The notes beneath the pieces are model-generated. The model made no database searches, was not told the DNA's origin, and worked only from the letters and a program-made list of their open reading frames with translations. Position numbers and translations under genes: made by a program. Positions 1 to 16,751 of a stretch of DNA of 64,000 nt are shown here, one piece after another; the stretch's first letter is position 1, and each line of letters opens with the position of its first letter. This DNA is from the human T2T-CHM13v2.0 reference genome, Homo sapiens. The DNA lies in the NCBI RefSeq assembly GCF_009914755.1, contig NC_060932.1; one strand, written 5' to 3'.

Positions 1-109
1 CACAAACATATGCGGTGGTAGGACGTGATTTGAGAATGGGTGTGGTTGCCTAGGATATTCCAGGTAGTCAAGAGATGACAATGGAAGGGAGGGAAGCCAG
101 GGTTTGAAC

Positions 110-670
110 AGCAGCAACAGTTACAGAGGTGAGCATTTCTGGTACTTTCTAGACACCTGATACGGAAACTATGTTACTTATATATGTTATCTCATTTAAT
201 CCCCGTTATTATTATTTTTATAGGTAAATAATGTAATTTAAGTTTTTCATTTTGCATGTCAAATGTGAAAATCTGTAAGAGTAAGTAACTTTGATTGTAC
301 AACACGTAAAGATCCTTGAAATTAGTTGTAATTAAAAATATTTTGCTCTTTTAAAAATGGGAATTAAACTTTGATTTTTTGTTCTAATTAAAAATGACCA
401 TTTTCTTTTTTAAGAATAAAGATATTAGACACTAGTGAACTCATATAATTGCTTTGCAGTTTCCATGGTTGAATATTTTGAAAGTGAAATAAGTTTTCCA
501 GTTTTAAAGTACGGTGTGAAATAGAAGTATTTTATAAGAAATTAGATTATTTAGAATATATAGAATAAATTATATTGTGTCTAATATTAATCGTCATTCC
601 TGTTGATAATCTCAGTTTATAGGTTAAGTGACTTGGCCAAGGTCATGGAATTGCAAGTGATAAAACTTAT
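110..670 (-). mobile_element. MIR fragments separated by an AT-rich block
   Basis: 'ttatctcatttaatcccc' (~190) and MIR core 'aggttaagtgacttggccaaggtca' (~620). Confidence 0.55.
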
Positions 671-784
671 ATTAAAAATATGGGGCAATGATTGTTTGCT
701 TGGCTGATTCTCTCCCTCATCCTTGCTTTAAGATCAAGGATATTGTAGTTTTGCTCATTTGATACCTGTCTGTGACTAACATGC

Positions 785-1200
785 TAAAGAGTTTAGACTT
801 GATCCTCAAGTTAATAAAACCAATGAAAGCTGGACAATAATATGGATATGAGTAGATCATTGTGGCCAAAGGATTGGAGAAGGGGAGCTTGATTGGAAGG
901 GCATGTTAAGAGTCTAGGGGAGATGATATCAACTTCAACAAGTCAGGGATAGTGAGGATAGGGAGGATTGAATGTAACTGATTAATATCTTAGAGGCGCA
1001 ATAGACAAAACTTGGAGACTGTGCACATGTTGCAGGGTTAAGGGTGAGGCCAAGGCAGGGGCTTGGGCAGCTGAACAGATTGTGACACCAGTGGTGAAAA
1101 TAGAGAAAACAGGTGAAGGAGCCAGCTGGGTGTTAACGAATGATTTTGGTTTTAGATACCTTAAGATATGATCCCTTCAGAACAATAGCTTGGAGATCAC
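785..1200 (-). mobile_element. L2 LINE fragment
   Basis: Purine-rich degenerate L2-type sequence starting 'aagagtttagacttgatcctc'. Confidence 0.55.
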
Positions 1201-1509
1201 CGTCATCAAAATATCCACTTGCCCAAATCTGTAGTCCCCAGGCCCCTGGAGCAAGGCCTGCTGCCCTGGGTGTCTTGGCAGTTGTTCAAGCACGACTGGA
1301 ATCTGGCTTAGCATTAGGCCAAGTGAGCACAGAGACTTGCACTGCTGCATATTTAAAATTACTTGTCAGGAAAAGGAGCTACAGAGAAGAGGGGCTGTGA
1401 CAGGGGAAGGCAAACATCCGCACCGTTCAATAATTCAGCGCAGAGCCGGTCTTGGCTGCTAAGTTACCACCACAAGGAGCATTTTTAAAGTCAAACCGAA
1501 TTTCCATGA

Positions 1510-1670
1510 GAAGTCATGCCTGAGCAAGCTGGATCGTTGCCAAAAGACAAGAGAAGACTCCAGACCTTTCTGTAAACAGGCCCTGAGAGATACGGGGTAC
1601 TGCATGATAAAGCTGTCAGTCTGGTCGCAGCAGCCTGGCATGTGACTCATTTGCATATGTCACTTCCTTT
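1510..1670. promoter_or_regulatory. Candidate enhancer (p53/p63-like, FOX, AP-1, octamer, ETS motifs)
   Basis: AGTCATGCCT-GAGCAAGCTG 1512-1531; TGTAAACA 1571-1578; TGACTCA 1643-1649; ATTTGCAT 1649-1656; ACTTCCT 1662-1668. Confidence 0.5.
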
Positions 1671-3245
1671 AGCGTAATCCAGTCCATGGGCCTCTAACTT
1701 CCAATCCTGTGGGCAAATAAAGCTGTCCAGCACAACCTGTGACGATCAGATTCAGGCTGTATTTAGTGGGGGAGGGATCTGGCCTCATATCCTTCATCTT
1801 TATGCTGCTCCACTCCAGCTCACAGCCCCTCCAACTGGATGGAGCTCTTCGAAGGGAGGGGCATTTCAGAGGAGGGTCTCAGGGATAGCCCCTTTGTGGG
1901 GCTGGGCCACCAGGTTGGGGAGAGTGGAGCTGCTGGAACTCTGGAGGGACTGGCTGAGCCAGCTTTCCCAGTGCACCCCTCTGGGAGGGCAGGCTCTCGG
2001 TGTAGGCTGCCCATCTCCTCGCTCTCCTCTGGCACTGCTCCTATGCCCCCTTGGTTAGCCTGGGAGCCCATACTACCCAGACTTGGGGTCAATAAGCAGA
2101 GGACCTGTAAGGAGTCCTTGATGGGATGTACAGCACTGCCCAACCCTGCACAAGGTAGGGTATTGCTGTTTGTTGTGTGGTGAGCTGCCTGCTTATGGCT
2201 GGGTTTGGGCCTCCATCCATTTTTATTTTCTTTGAGTTGGTCTCTGGGCAAAGCTTCTCCCAGCAGGCGGAATCTGGCCTGGGGGCTCCAGCTTCTCTCA
2301 CCTGCCTGGCCTCCCAAGAGCTAGAGAGCTCCACATCTCAACTCATCTATAACTCATTAGCAGAACCATCAGCTAGCAGAAACTAGGAATAATAAAAATG
2401 TGCCGTATTTTCACAAGCTGGATGCCAGGCTTGGTGGTCAGGACACAGACTGCTTTCAGCTCCCACATGCCCCTCCTGCTAGCTGCTTTGTGCAGAGTAG
2501 TGGCTACATGGCTGCAGGTGAGAGCCCTGCCTGTGAACAGGCCACCAGGATGCTGGGACATACGAGTTGGTAAGTTCGGCTTTACAGACCCTTCTGCCAT
2601 CCTCCCTCTGCCCTGCCATTATGTAATTCAAAATAAAAATGATACTAACACTTAAAACACAAAACTGATATAGATGCTGAGATTAAAATGATTTCACTTG
2701 AGATATCTAGATTGTAAAATTTCAGTTCAGTTCTCACTGAAGCCAAACATTTTTCAGTTTTGTGGGAGATGCCTGCTGGGCTGGGTCTCCAAATCCGTAT
2801 TTCAGCTACCTATTGAGTCATCCAGCTCTGCACCCAAGGGCCCCAGACCCCAAGACTGCTTTCTTGCCCCTGCCAGCCCCTGTGGCTGGGCCTCTCTGAT
2901 GCTGCCTGCCTCTCAGGGCCTGCCCATCCCTCCTCGATTCTATCATCCTGCTTAAGGAAACTCCTCAGACGCTAGCTAACAGGGCGTATGTCTGGCTTCT
3001 TCTTTCTCTTTCATGCTGGTTCCCTGAGTTTGGAGGAAACGTCTGGATTCACTCGAGGGCTCCATCCCAGAAGTGACACAGTTTTGCCTGCGCTCTTTTG
3101 TGTTTAGATTCCAAATCTTTCCTGATAATGTCTGAATCTCAATTTTAGTCTTGCCAATAACTGGATCCATAGTCATCCATCACACTTGGGGAGTCAGGAC
3201 AGTGGAGAAAGAAAGTTTAGGAACTCTGGCTTCCTTTGTTCCCTT

Positions 3246-4089
<844 letters not shown>

Positions 4090-4775
4090 GCTCAAAAGAT
4101 TCGACTGGAGAGAGGGATGGGAGGGGTCTCACCAAATACTTTTCTGTACAAGGAGCTTTCATTTGATTTCATCCCCCTTTCCCCTGAGAACATCACATCC
4201 TAATGGCTTATTTACTTCTCTGTCTCCCAGATAACCCATGGGCTCCTGAGAGCAGAGATTGTGACTTACTCATCTTTGATGTAGCCAAGTTCTAACAAAC
4301 CTAAATGTGCAGGTAATGTAAAATTCTTTATTTTTCTATAACTCTCCGAATATCTATTTTGAGTATCTGCTCCAAGTGGCAGAAACAGCCAATTCTGGGC
4401 CCTTTACCTCTCAGATCTGACGTCACTCACTCCTTCCATGCCCTTTTGAGCCATGGGAAGCACCTGGCTGCCTCTGTACCCTGCAGGATGGGGAAATTCT
4501 CCCAGGAGTTCTCAGATCTGCTGGGACTCTATAAGATCTGCCACTTCCAGGCCACTTCTCTGGACAGGAGGCTAAAATCCCAGCCCCACTGCAACCTTAG
4601 GACTCACCACAATGGCTAATTCTTTTGCTTTCATCTTTACTCTTAGTTACTTGCCTCTGATTTCCAAATCTATTGTTTAGGGCCAGGACCAGGGACATTC
4701 AGGGCCGTGTGTGTGAGTGTGTGTATGTGTGTGTATGATTTTAAAACTTTTTAACAAATTATAAAGAAAATTTTA

Positions 4776-5560
<785 letters not shown>

Positions 5561-6525
5561 ACCTTGATATTTGACATATATATACTAGGCTCTAGAAAAT
5601 GGAAAGCCTACCCTTGAATCTCAAGAGTGTTTTGTCTGCCATTCTGCAGTGTTACTTCCTGCTTTAAGCAATCAATGCCTGAGAACTGAGGGGGAGATGG
5701 TGGCAGAGAGGTATGAAATTCACAAGCAGGAATCTCAGTTAATATGCAGCCACCCTTGCTCGCCCCCAGTCGAAGTCCTAGTGCCTAGTCAAAGCTAGAT
5801 CCACGAGAAATATTGGTCATCTAGTGAGTAAATAAATGAATAAATGAAGCAACTTATATAGGAAGGTAGATAAGGGATTGTTCTCTTCTCCATCCTTTCT
5901 GAGTACTGGGAGTTACCAAGGAGGCTTCAAGGTTGGGCTTTAGCCCTGTTCCTTTGGTCTCCAATGCTGGGGGAGATGCGGATTGATTTCAGCCCCAGGA
6001 GCAAGGCGTCCTGCATTCCTATCTCCAATATTGCTCAATACAGTCTCGTAGGCTCTTCCTGGGTTATGTGAGTATCTCCTTATGGGATATCTGAGCTCTT
6101 GCTTGCCATCATTCACTCAGTGAACAAGCAGCTCAATGCTTTTTTTCCCCGTGAGAAGAATGAATTCACTTGGATTGTTAAGTATAAAAGTGTTAGGGAA
6201 AGACTCTTTTAAACTGCTAACCGTAAGGCTTAACCTCCCCGGTAATGGAGATCAGTGCTCCTTTCTACTTTCTTTGCAGCCCAAGGATCTTCAGTAACTA
6301 TGGCTCCCCAGATGGTACATATTTTCCAAAGGAAAAATGGGTTATGATTGATTAGTTATGTCTGTACAAAAGATGGACAGAGATAGCAAGAGAGTAAATA
6401 TAGCTGTGCTGTATTCACCAACCCTGAACCATGCCTTTGATGATGCCATATTACTTTTCCAGGATGTTGGTAAAACAAGACCTTCTATGGCAAAAAGCCT
6501 CTTCGCCCTTCTAGGATGCCCAGTT

Positions 6526-7187
<662 letters not shown>

Positions 7188-8359
7188 TGACCTAGACAGA
7201 CTCTATGTCTGGAAGCAGCAATGATGGAGGTGTTCTTCTTGTGGCTAGTCTGAGAAGATAACAGCAATGGAGTTGGCTTAGCACTCCTGCAGACCCTCTG
7301 TGCCAGAGGCAAACCAATACAGATGTCTGAACTGGCCTTCATTTCTTATTGAAGGTCTTGGCAGCAAGTCCCAGGGTATTTTCATTATTTAGCATCCTGA
7401 TTGAGGTGTGCGTCTGTGTGAGAGAATGAAGCACACAGGTCCTGCATCTCATTGCTTCCTCTGCTGAAAGAAAACAGGCAGCCTAGCCTTGGGAATTCTA
7501 AGTCGCAATGGAAAAAAGAGCAGTCTCAACTCTTATCCACTTTTCTGTTGCATGTGCTGGCCCTATTGGGGTGGGCTGTCCATTGGGGGTTTGTTGACTT
7601 TTTGCTTCTGCTAACTGTTCACAAGAAAAAATCCAAGCAGAATCTCTGTGTTTTAAAAAGTACTTAGCTAAAGTATGCAGCAGATCTCTTTCTTCTGCCC
7701 CACGGGGGACTGGCAGGTCTCTACCAGTGCCCAGTGGAAGCAAAGCCGCTGCACAAAGAGGTGATGCCTTCACCCCGCAGGGCTCCTGTGGACCCCCTGG
7801 GGGAGGGGCAAATTCGGGGAACAGCAGCTGCTGAGGGCCAAGCTCCAATGATCTTCAGTTCTTGCTCACTGCAGATCAAAGAAGTCTTGCTGTGTCCAGA
7901 TCATATAAATATTGAATAAGGCTGCTTGGAATCCTTAAAGGAGTTTGGAGAGGAGGAGGAGGAGTTCAATGCAGAAGATGGTATCAGAAAATGCTGAACT
8001 TCAGCTAAGAGCTAATACAAAAGTCAGCAACAAAGGAATGAGAATGGATCCTATCAGGCATGGCTTCTATTTTTGGCTTGGAATTTGCACACACATTGCT
8101 TTTAAGGTATAAGTCGTGCAAGAATTTGACTGTCTGGGTCAGAACAATGAGAAGGAGAAAAGCATTTATCTCTTGATTTGGTTTTCTAAACTTTCCTCCT
8201 TTATTTGGAAGTCCAGTATATTAACTTGAGGCTCCTGGCCTCACGCTGTCTTTCTACACTTGCTGCAGGAGAGTTCTCTACCCACTCCTGGGGCAGGTGG
8301 TCTCAAGGGTCTTTCATGAGTAGGCTATTCTCCAAATGACCCCTGTTGATTTAGGAGTC

Positions 8360-8605
8360 ATGTTTGCTGGGAAGCCTTCCCTGACACCCCAAAAGTGGAC
8401 CAGGCCCCTCTCTCTGCAGCCCCACAGGCCCCAGTGCTCACTTTCACCAGAGCACACGTAACACTGGCTTGTGTGAGTGTCCATCTCTCCCACTGCACTA
8501 GAGCAGCTGGGGCAGGCTCAGTGCCTTAGTCACCAGTACATCCCCAGCCCCTAGCACAGTGCCCAATACACAGCAGGTGCTCAAAAAACATGTGCTGAAT
8601 GAATA
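8360..8605 (+). mobile_element. L2 3' end
   Basis: Ends 'cagcaggtgctcaaaaaacatgtgctgaatgaata', the typical L2 terminus. Confidence 0.7.
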
Positions 8606-8860
8606 CACGAGGAGAAGTGTATGAGGGAAGTTCCCAGGGCGGCCCTCCAGCCAGAAGCTTCCTGAGTTCTTGTTGTGGCTTCTCTAGGTAATCGCTGGTA
8701 CCACCCAGGAGATCAGAATACCGATCCCCCAACTTGTCTGCCCTCAAGTGTAGCACATCCAGTAGGCTACTTTATGAGACACGAAACTCTTTTCCCATGG
8801 TGTGGTGAGTCTGGGTGCAAATCTTTTTGGAGCAAGTGGTGGGCACGTAGTCAGGCATGA

Positions 8861-9366
<506 letters not shown>

Positions 9367-10199
9367 TGAGGGCATTTTGGAGTCAAGGTCCTTTGGTTTC
9401 CAGTTGAAATTCCTCTCCTTGCAGCCCCTTGGAAGATTCTGTAGCCTGGTCTTGAGTCCCCTGTATTCATACTTTGTGTCCTTCCCCGTGCTCTGTTCTC
9501 CGTCCTCTCGTCCTCTCTGGAAGCTCTGTCCACTGAATGCATGTGCCCAGGCCTTGTGTCCCATTGAGGCTCACCCCCCAACCCATCCTCCACAGCCCCT
9601 GCCCTGCAGAAGATTCCTCATTCAGCCACATCCTCACCCGGGCTGTCATCAGCTCCACCTCCCACCAAGGGTCTCCCACTGACCTCCCTCAACTTCCCAA
9701 CTTCCACCGCTTCAAAATTGTTTGCCCAGCCTGGGTCTCCCCTCCATGCACTGTGATTCAGGGAAAGGACTTGCGGTTTCAGATAGTCACTCACCTCTGT
9801 CCTCACTTGCTCTTTCTAATGAGAAGGTGCCATAGGCCTTGAGAAAGTGAGCAGGGATTTACCAGGAGGACAAAGGGAAAACCTCATTCCAGGAAGAGGA
9901 AATAGCCAATGCAAAGGCCCAAGGAAGAAAAAGAAGTGAAAAAAAAAAATGGCCAGCAACCTGGTGTGACGTGGGGTGGCGGGGAGCCTGGGGGACAGGG
10001 CTGAAATCCTTGCCTTGAAAATAATTTTACAGGGAATCATCAAAGTATCTTTGGCTAAGACTGTTATTCATTAGCTCTGTGTTTATATTGTATTCCTCAG
10101 TTCACAGACAAAGGGCTAGTCTTGAAATTGATAAAAACATTGATGAGCAAAATTAATTAGAAACTGATTGCTAAAAGTAGCCAAAGACCCATAGAATGA

Positions 10200-10994
<795 letters not shown>

Positions 10995-12263
10995 CTAGGC
11001 AGATAGGCAGCAGGGGCAAGGCAACTGTTCACCGTGAACCTTTTAATACACATTTCCTCAGATTTGAATCACGCAACTACGTACCCTATTCAAAACATCA
11101 CATAAAAAATGAATTGCTTATTCCCACAGTCTTTTTTTCAGAATAGCTCTTCTGTAGCTCAACTGCCCGGGGAGCCCAGCATCCAGCTTTATGACTCACA
11201 AACCATCTCTGGTGATCTCAAGTGTTAAAAAATAACTCCCCCAAACAAATTCTTGGACACCTTTAGCGAGCAGCTGCCAGGGGTCACCCATCTGTGAGCC
11301 ATTACAACTCCTTCCAGGTTGAAGATGACCCGCTGGTCTCTCTGGGGGCTCTGAGTTACGTGTCTGCGTTTCTCTACCTGCTTCTCTCCCACACAATTCA
11401 TCAGTTTCAGGTGGTGTCTCCATGCCCTTTATTTTGGTATCTTTCTTCCCTGAGCATCTCTGCCCTAAGATGACCTGGCTGAGAAGTTCTGTGAGAGGTT
11501 CTCACCCTCTCTGGGCTTTGGGATCCCTTTTCCAGACGCTGTACTTGGTGCATATCCAATGTGCTTGCCCAACTTGAACACCTTATAAAAACCTTTGAAA
11601 TCACTCTGTGAAAATCTTGCAAACAAGGAGCAGCTGGATTGGAGAAAGAGCCAGCCAGTTGCTTGCTACTTTCTCAGAAGTACGGTGGAAAGCACCACGT
11701 CCCAGAGTTCCAGGAGGTGAATGGCAATGTTAGCCTTTGCAGCCCTGGGATATGACTGCCTGAGACAATGGCCCTCTCCTCTACCAGTGGTGTTCATGCA
11801 GTTGCCCTCCTCAGGATGCATAGTCAGAAATTTCCCAGGAGAGCTGTGGGTCTGGACTTTCCTCCTTTTGGCCTAATTGCCCTGTGTCTGTCACATCTGT
11901 CACTCAGGTCTAAGCTAACTTACTACCCACACTTCCTTAGGCAGATGCTAAGTAAAAGATTAATAATCTGAAGTCCAACCAGGCCGACTCATTTCCCTCC
12001 TCTTCTTTTTGGAAGCTGACCTTTTAGAAGCATTCTATTCATTTGTGTATCGCTTGTTTCAGTCCCAGAATGAAAGAGTTCTGTATCTTTGGTTACACAT
12101 TTGAATTCCCAACCAGTTATAAACTCTTAGAGTGTGCAGGGACCACCTGTTTGCCATCTTTGTTCACCCACAGCCACTAAAACACAGCCGACCCTCTGTA
12201 AATACTTGAGTAAATGAATGAATGAGAAGTTGAGTGGATCTCTAACACTATGTATTTGGATTA

Positions 12264-12460
12264 CCTCTGTGCAGTGGAAATGTCTGTGATGATAGAGATG
12301 TTCTATAGCTGTGCTGTCCAATGCTGCGGCCACTGGCCGCAGGCAGCTACTGAGCTCTTCAAATGTGGCTGGTATGGCTGGAGAACCAAATTTTACATTT
12401 TAATTAATTTTATTGAAATGGTCATGCGTGGCTAGTGGCTATCATATAGAATGGTATAGA
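12264..12460. mobile_element. MER3-like hAT-Charlie DNA transposon relic
   Basis: 'gttctatagctgtgctgtccaatg...aaatgtggctgg...gtggctagtggcta'. Confidence 0.8.
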
Positions 12461-12689
12461 TACAGGTCATTAGCTTTATAATTTGGTCATCCACATTGAT
12501 CTACTATGGAACCTTCTTAATTAACTTTTCTTATTTCACAAGGCCCAAAAACTTTCAGCAACAGTTTTAGAAGCAGTGAAAAAGCATATAAGCACTTCCT
12601 ATGATCACCACAGGCGGACAGAGGCCAAAAGGAGAAAGAGTGAATAGAAGTTCATTCTGCCTGCTTTTTTTCTGAGAAAGTCTTGGGTC

Positions 12690-13231
12690 CCTGGGAGTAT
12701 AAAGAGTCAGCCTCTTGGTTTCTGACTCACCCAAGAGCCACCCCCTAGATTGCTCCAAGTCCCCACCAGCAGGCCAGGCACAGAGTCAGGGATGCATCTG
12801 AGGAAGAGTGCCACTTGCTGAGTCATCGGCACCATTTCTCCGAACAGGTGTTCTTTGGCCAACCTCCTGGGAGGGCGCCCCACCCGTGGTGCCTTCACCT
12901 GCAGGGTGACTGCAGCCCGTGGACAGGCATGAGGTTCATTCCTGCTCAGGAATGTTGGAGGTGGCATGGAGCTACCAGAAATGCATGCCCAGAGACCCTA
13001 GAGGAATGAGATCCAGAAACTGGTTTTGTGCTACGGCACAGGGGCTCTGCCAGAGGCTGAGTCCCCTGCAGCAACTTTAATGCCACACAAGGACCTTTTC
13101 TTCAGTACTTGGTCCACCTGGCTACACCCAATGTCTCTACTGGCAGAAGGCAGAGTACTTTGTCATGCAGGGTATGTGGGGCTCAACAGTCACAGTACAG
13201 GGTGGCTGGAGAGGAGGCACTTATGGATGTC

Positions 13232-13273
<42 letters not shown>

Positions 13274-13350
13274 ATAGCGGGGGGATCCCCTAGATGCTAC
13301 TGTCCTCGAAGGGCTAGAACAGGACAACCTCTCCACACCCAAGGTGAGCA
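12690..13350. promoter_or_regulatory. Candidate enhancer/promoter with a consensus ARE, AP-1 and a GRHL-like site
   Basis: TATAAAG 12698; TGACTCA 12723; TGCTGAGTCAT 12816-12826; AAACTGGTTT 13017-13026; donor AAG|GTGAGC at 13343. Confidence 0.4.
13238..13271. repeat. (GT)n microsatellite
   Basis: Seen directly in the sequence. Confidence 0.97.
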
Positions 13351-15142
13351 GTGCTCATGCCTGTCTGCCAAAGGAAGGCAGTCCCCCTTTGCTTTCTGGG
13401 TTAGAGAATGTTCACAGAGCAAGTTATGAACACTCCCGTGATGCCAGGTCACTAAGCCAGAGTTCCCAGGGCTGCCCGCATCCTCTGCTCTCACCCCTGA
13501 GGGATACAAGCAAAAGGTACCTACCACCTAGCATGTCCCAGTCCTGAGTTATGCCATCCCCTCTGGGGAGCCCAACCTGCTTACCAGGTCTCATTTGGAA
13601 GACAAAAAGATTGCAGCGCCGGGTCCCTGACACAGCAGAACTCCCAGGGTGCCTGAGGCCTAGGGTAGTGTCTGGGTGCAGTCTTGTTTCGACATAACCT
13701 ACACACCCTACAGGCCCAGCAGGCAGGGCGGGTGCAGCCCAAACTGCACATGACACACAGGAGAAGCTCCGATTCCCAGTTGCACAAACAATCCCTCATT
13801 CAGGGGCTCAGGGAAGTGCAGAGGTAGCTGTGACTCCGCACTGATGTGCCTCGCCCTTCTCTCACTCTGACTCTTCTGCCAACCACATCTTCAAAATCTT
13901 CGGGGCAGGGGCAAGTGTAGGTTTGGAGAATAACTGGTGTCCAGGTATCCAATTGCTGCAGGAATAAGATGCTGACATAATGGCAGGCTAGTGTCAGCTT
14001 GTCATCCGGGACTTTGCTTCTTGAAATCCCATCCAGCTGTGTCTAAAAGTCCTGTGGTTTCTATCGCCCTACTTTTTCAGAGCAACTTATCCCTGCAGAC
14101 GGTGTGGCTATTTCTGGGTCAGGTGTGACTGAAAAGGCTGGTGTGAGCAGACCAGCCCGGCCATTCCAGAAGGCTCCTTTCGTGTTTCCTGGAGAAGGAT
14201 TGTCTCAGTCTACAGCTGTGGCTTTGTCCATTTCTTGGGATGCTGAAGGTTAATACCTCCAGAAATTGTTCCCTAAATAAAGAACACTTAATTGAGGGCA
14301 AAGCTATCTGTGCAGCATAGTCAGAGAATTTTAGATTTGGATAGCTAAAGAGAACGTAGAGATCACAGCTTCATCTGAAGGGTGAGGAAAACAATACCAA
14401 AGAAGTTAGGTAATTTGGCTAATGCCACTCAGCTTATAGGCAGAGCTACCAGAACCTTGAGGAGGCAGTTGATCAAGACAATGCTTAAGTTCATGAGCTG
14501 AGATTGGCTTTGAATGGACATAGGAGACTTACTCTGGACTCCTCACTTAGAAGAAGGGGTATGGAGTCAAAATTATTTTGGTGAATGTTTTCCTTTTTCC
14601 CCCAGTATCAGACCCTAAATTTTAGCATCTATTAAGTAGGGTAATAACTTGTCCTCCTCATCAAATGTTTTGCTTTTTCTTTTTTCCTAGATTGTACTTA
14701 CTGGATTTATGTAATTTGTGATTCACTTGATTGACTGAATCTGATTGCAGGGGATGACTCAGATCCACCTTCCCATCTCCAGGGAAGATGGTGCTGGGGT
14801 CAAAAGATGCCAAGACCTCTTGGGGGGATGACCTCCAAGGTTGAATAAGGGGCAAAGCTTAATCTGCCCTTTCTCCCTGATAACCTGCCTGTCAACTCTC
14901 AGGGAATTTGGACTGGTATGTACTGAGATGAGAATGAGAGGGTGATACCCTCTTATGCTTTATGTAAACTTTGGTCAGATGAACCCCTCTGGCCTGGGGA
15001 GAGATGTGCAGAGCCTCATTGCCATGGACTGGGATATGCCAAGAGATGAGTGAAGCCTCTGCATTTTCTGTGAGCCAGATATTGTCTCTTTTCTCTATCT
15101 TGCCCTGGAAATGCAGGGGCCTCTCAAAATAGGGTCTAGTAA

Positions 15143-15434
<292 letters not shown>

Positions 15435-15711
15435 CATAAGGTTCTTTAAAGAAAGTTTTTAAAAGAACGTTCTTTAAAGAAAGTTTTTAATTGTTCTGCT
15501 GGAGGTCATTCCAGTTCCGTTTCCGAAATAGTTGCTGGTTAAGAATCTGGTGTCCACCCATTCTCCATGGCAGGCCAGTTCTGTGGTGGAAACACTGCTA
15601 TTCTGGACACGTCATGGTTATAAACTGGTTCTGGGGCTGATGGTTGATGTACCCCACTGAACTAGGAGTGTATTTGATACTATTTGGTAAAATTCTCTCA
15701 ACAAGATTTTA

Positions 15712-16056
<345 letters not shown>

Positions 16057-16458
16057 TTATATTTTCTTTGATTTCCCTTCTAGTACATAGCCTGAACATA
16101 TTGTAGACAGTAAAATTTAATTTGAGTTTTTAAAGGCTTAAATTAGGCAGAAACATACATGTGAGTAAAATAGCCCATGTGTTGAAAATAGAGTACAGAT
16201 TTATAGTAAAAATATAGTGTTACTTATTCAAGTTGACAATGAGAAACAATGATTTTTTTTTTTAACAAAAAGTTATCTTGGTAAAGAACTGATTCAAAAG
16301 TCCAAAAGTTTTCAATAACATTCCTCAAAAAATGTGACAGTAAATGTTGCAGACAGCAATTATTTAGCTTGGAAGGTGTAAACTTTGCATTTATATACGT
16401 AAGGAAGACAAATAACACCTCTGAAAACTTAAAACTAGTATGAATAAAAGTGTTGATA

Positions 16459-16751
16459 GGCCAGGCGCAGTGGCTTATGCCTGTAGTCCCAGTACTTTGG
16501 GAGGCTGAGGCAGGTGGATCACTTGAGCCCTGGAGTTCGAGACCAGCCTGGGCAACATGGTGAAACCCCATCTCCACAAAAAATACAAAACTTAGCTGGG
16601 TGTGGTGGTGCATGCCTATAGTCCCAGTTACTCAGGAGGCTGAGGTGGGAGGATCACTTGAACCCAGGAGGTGGAGGCTGCAGTGAGCTGTGACCACACT
16701 ACTGCACCCCAGCCCTGGGACAAGCAAGACTCTGTCTCAAAAAAAAAAAAA
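16459..16751 (+). mobile_element. AluJ
   Basis: Full dimer, A tail, degenerate TSD 'tgttga'. Confidence 0.93.

Noticed and set aside
1820-2317. Overlapping 165-aa and 114-aa ORFs
   Set aside because: No recognisable domain or convincing exon boundaries; lengths are compatible with chance in GC-rich DNA.
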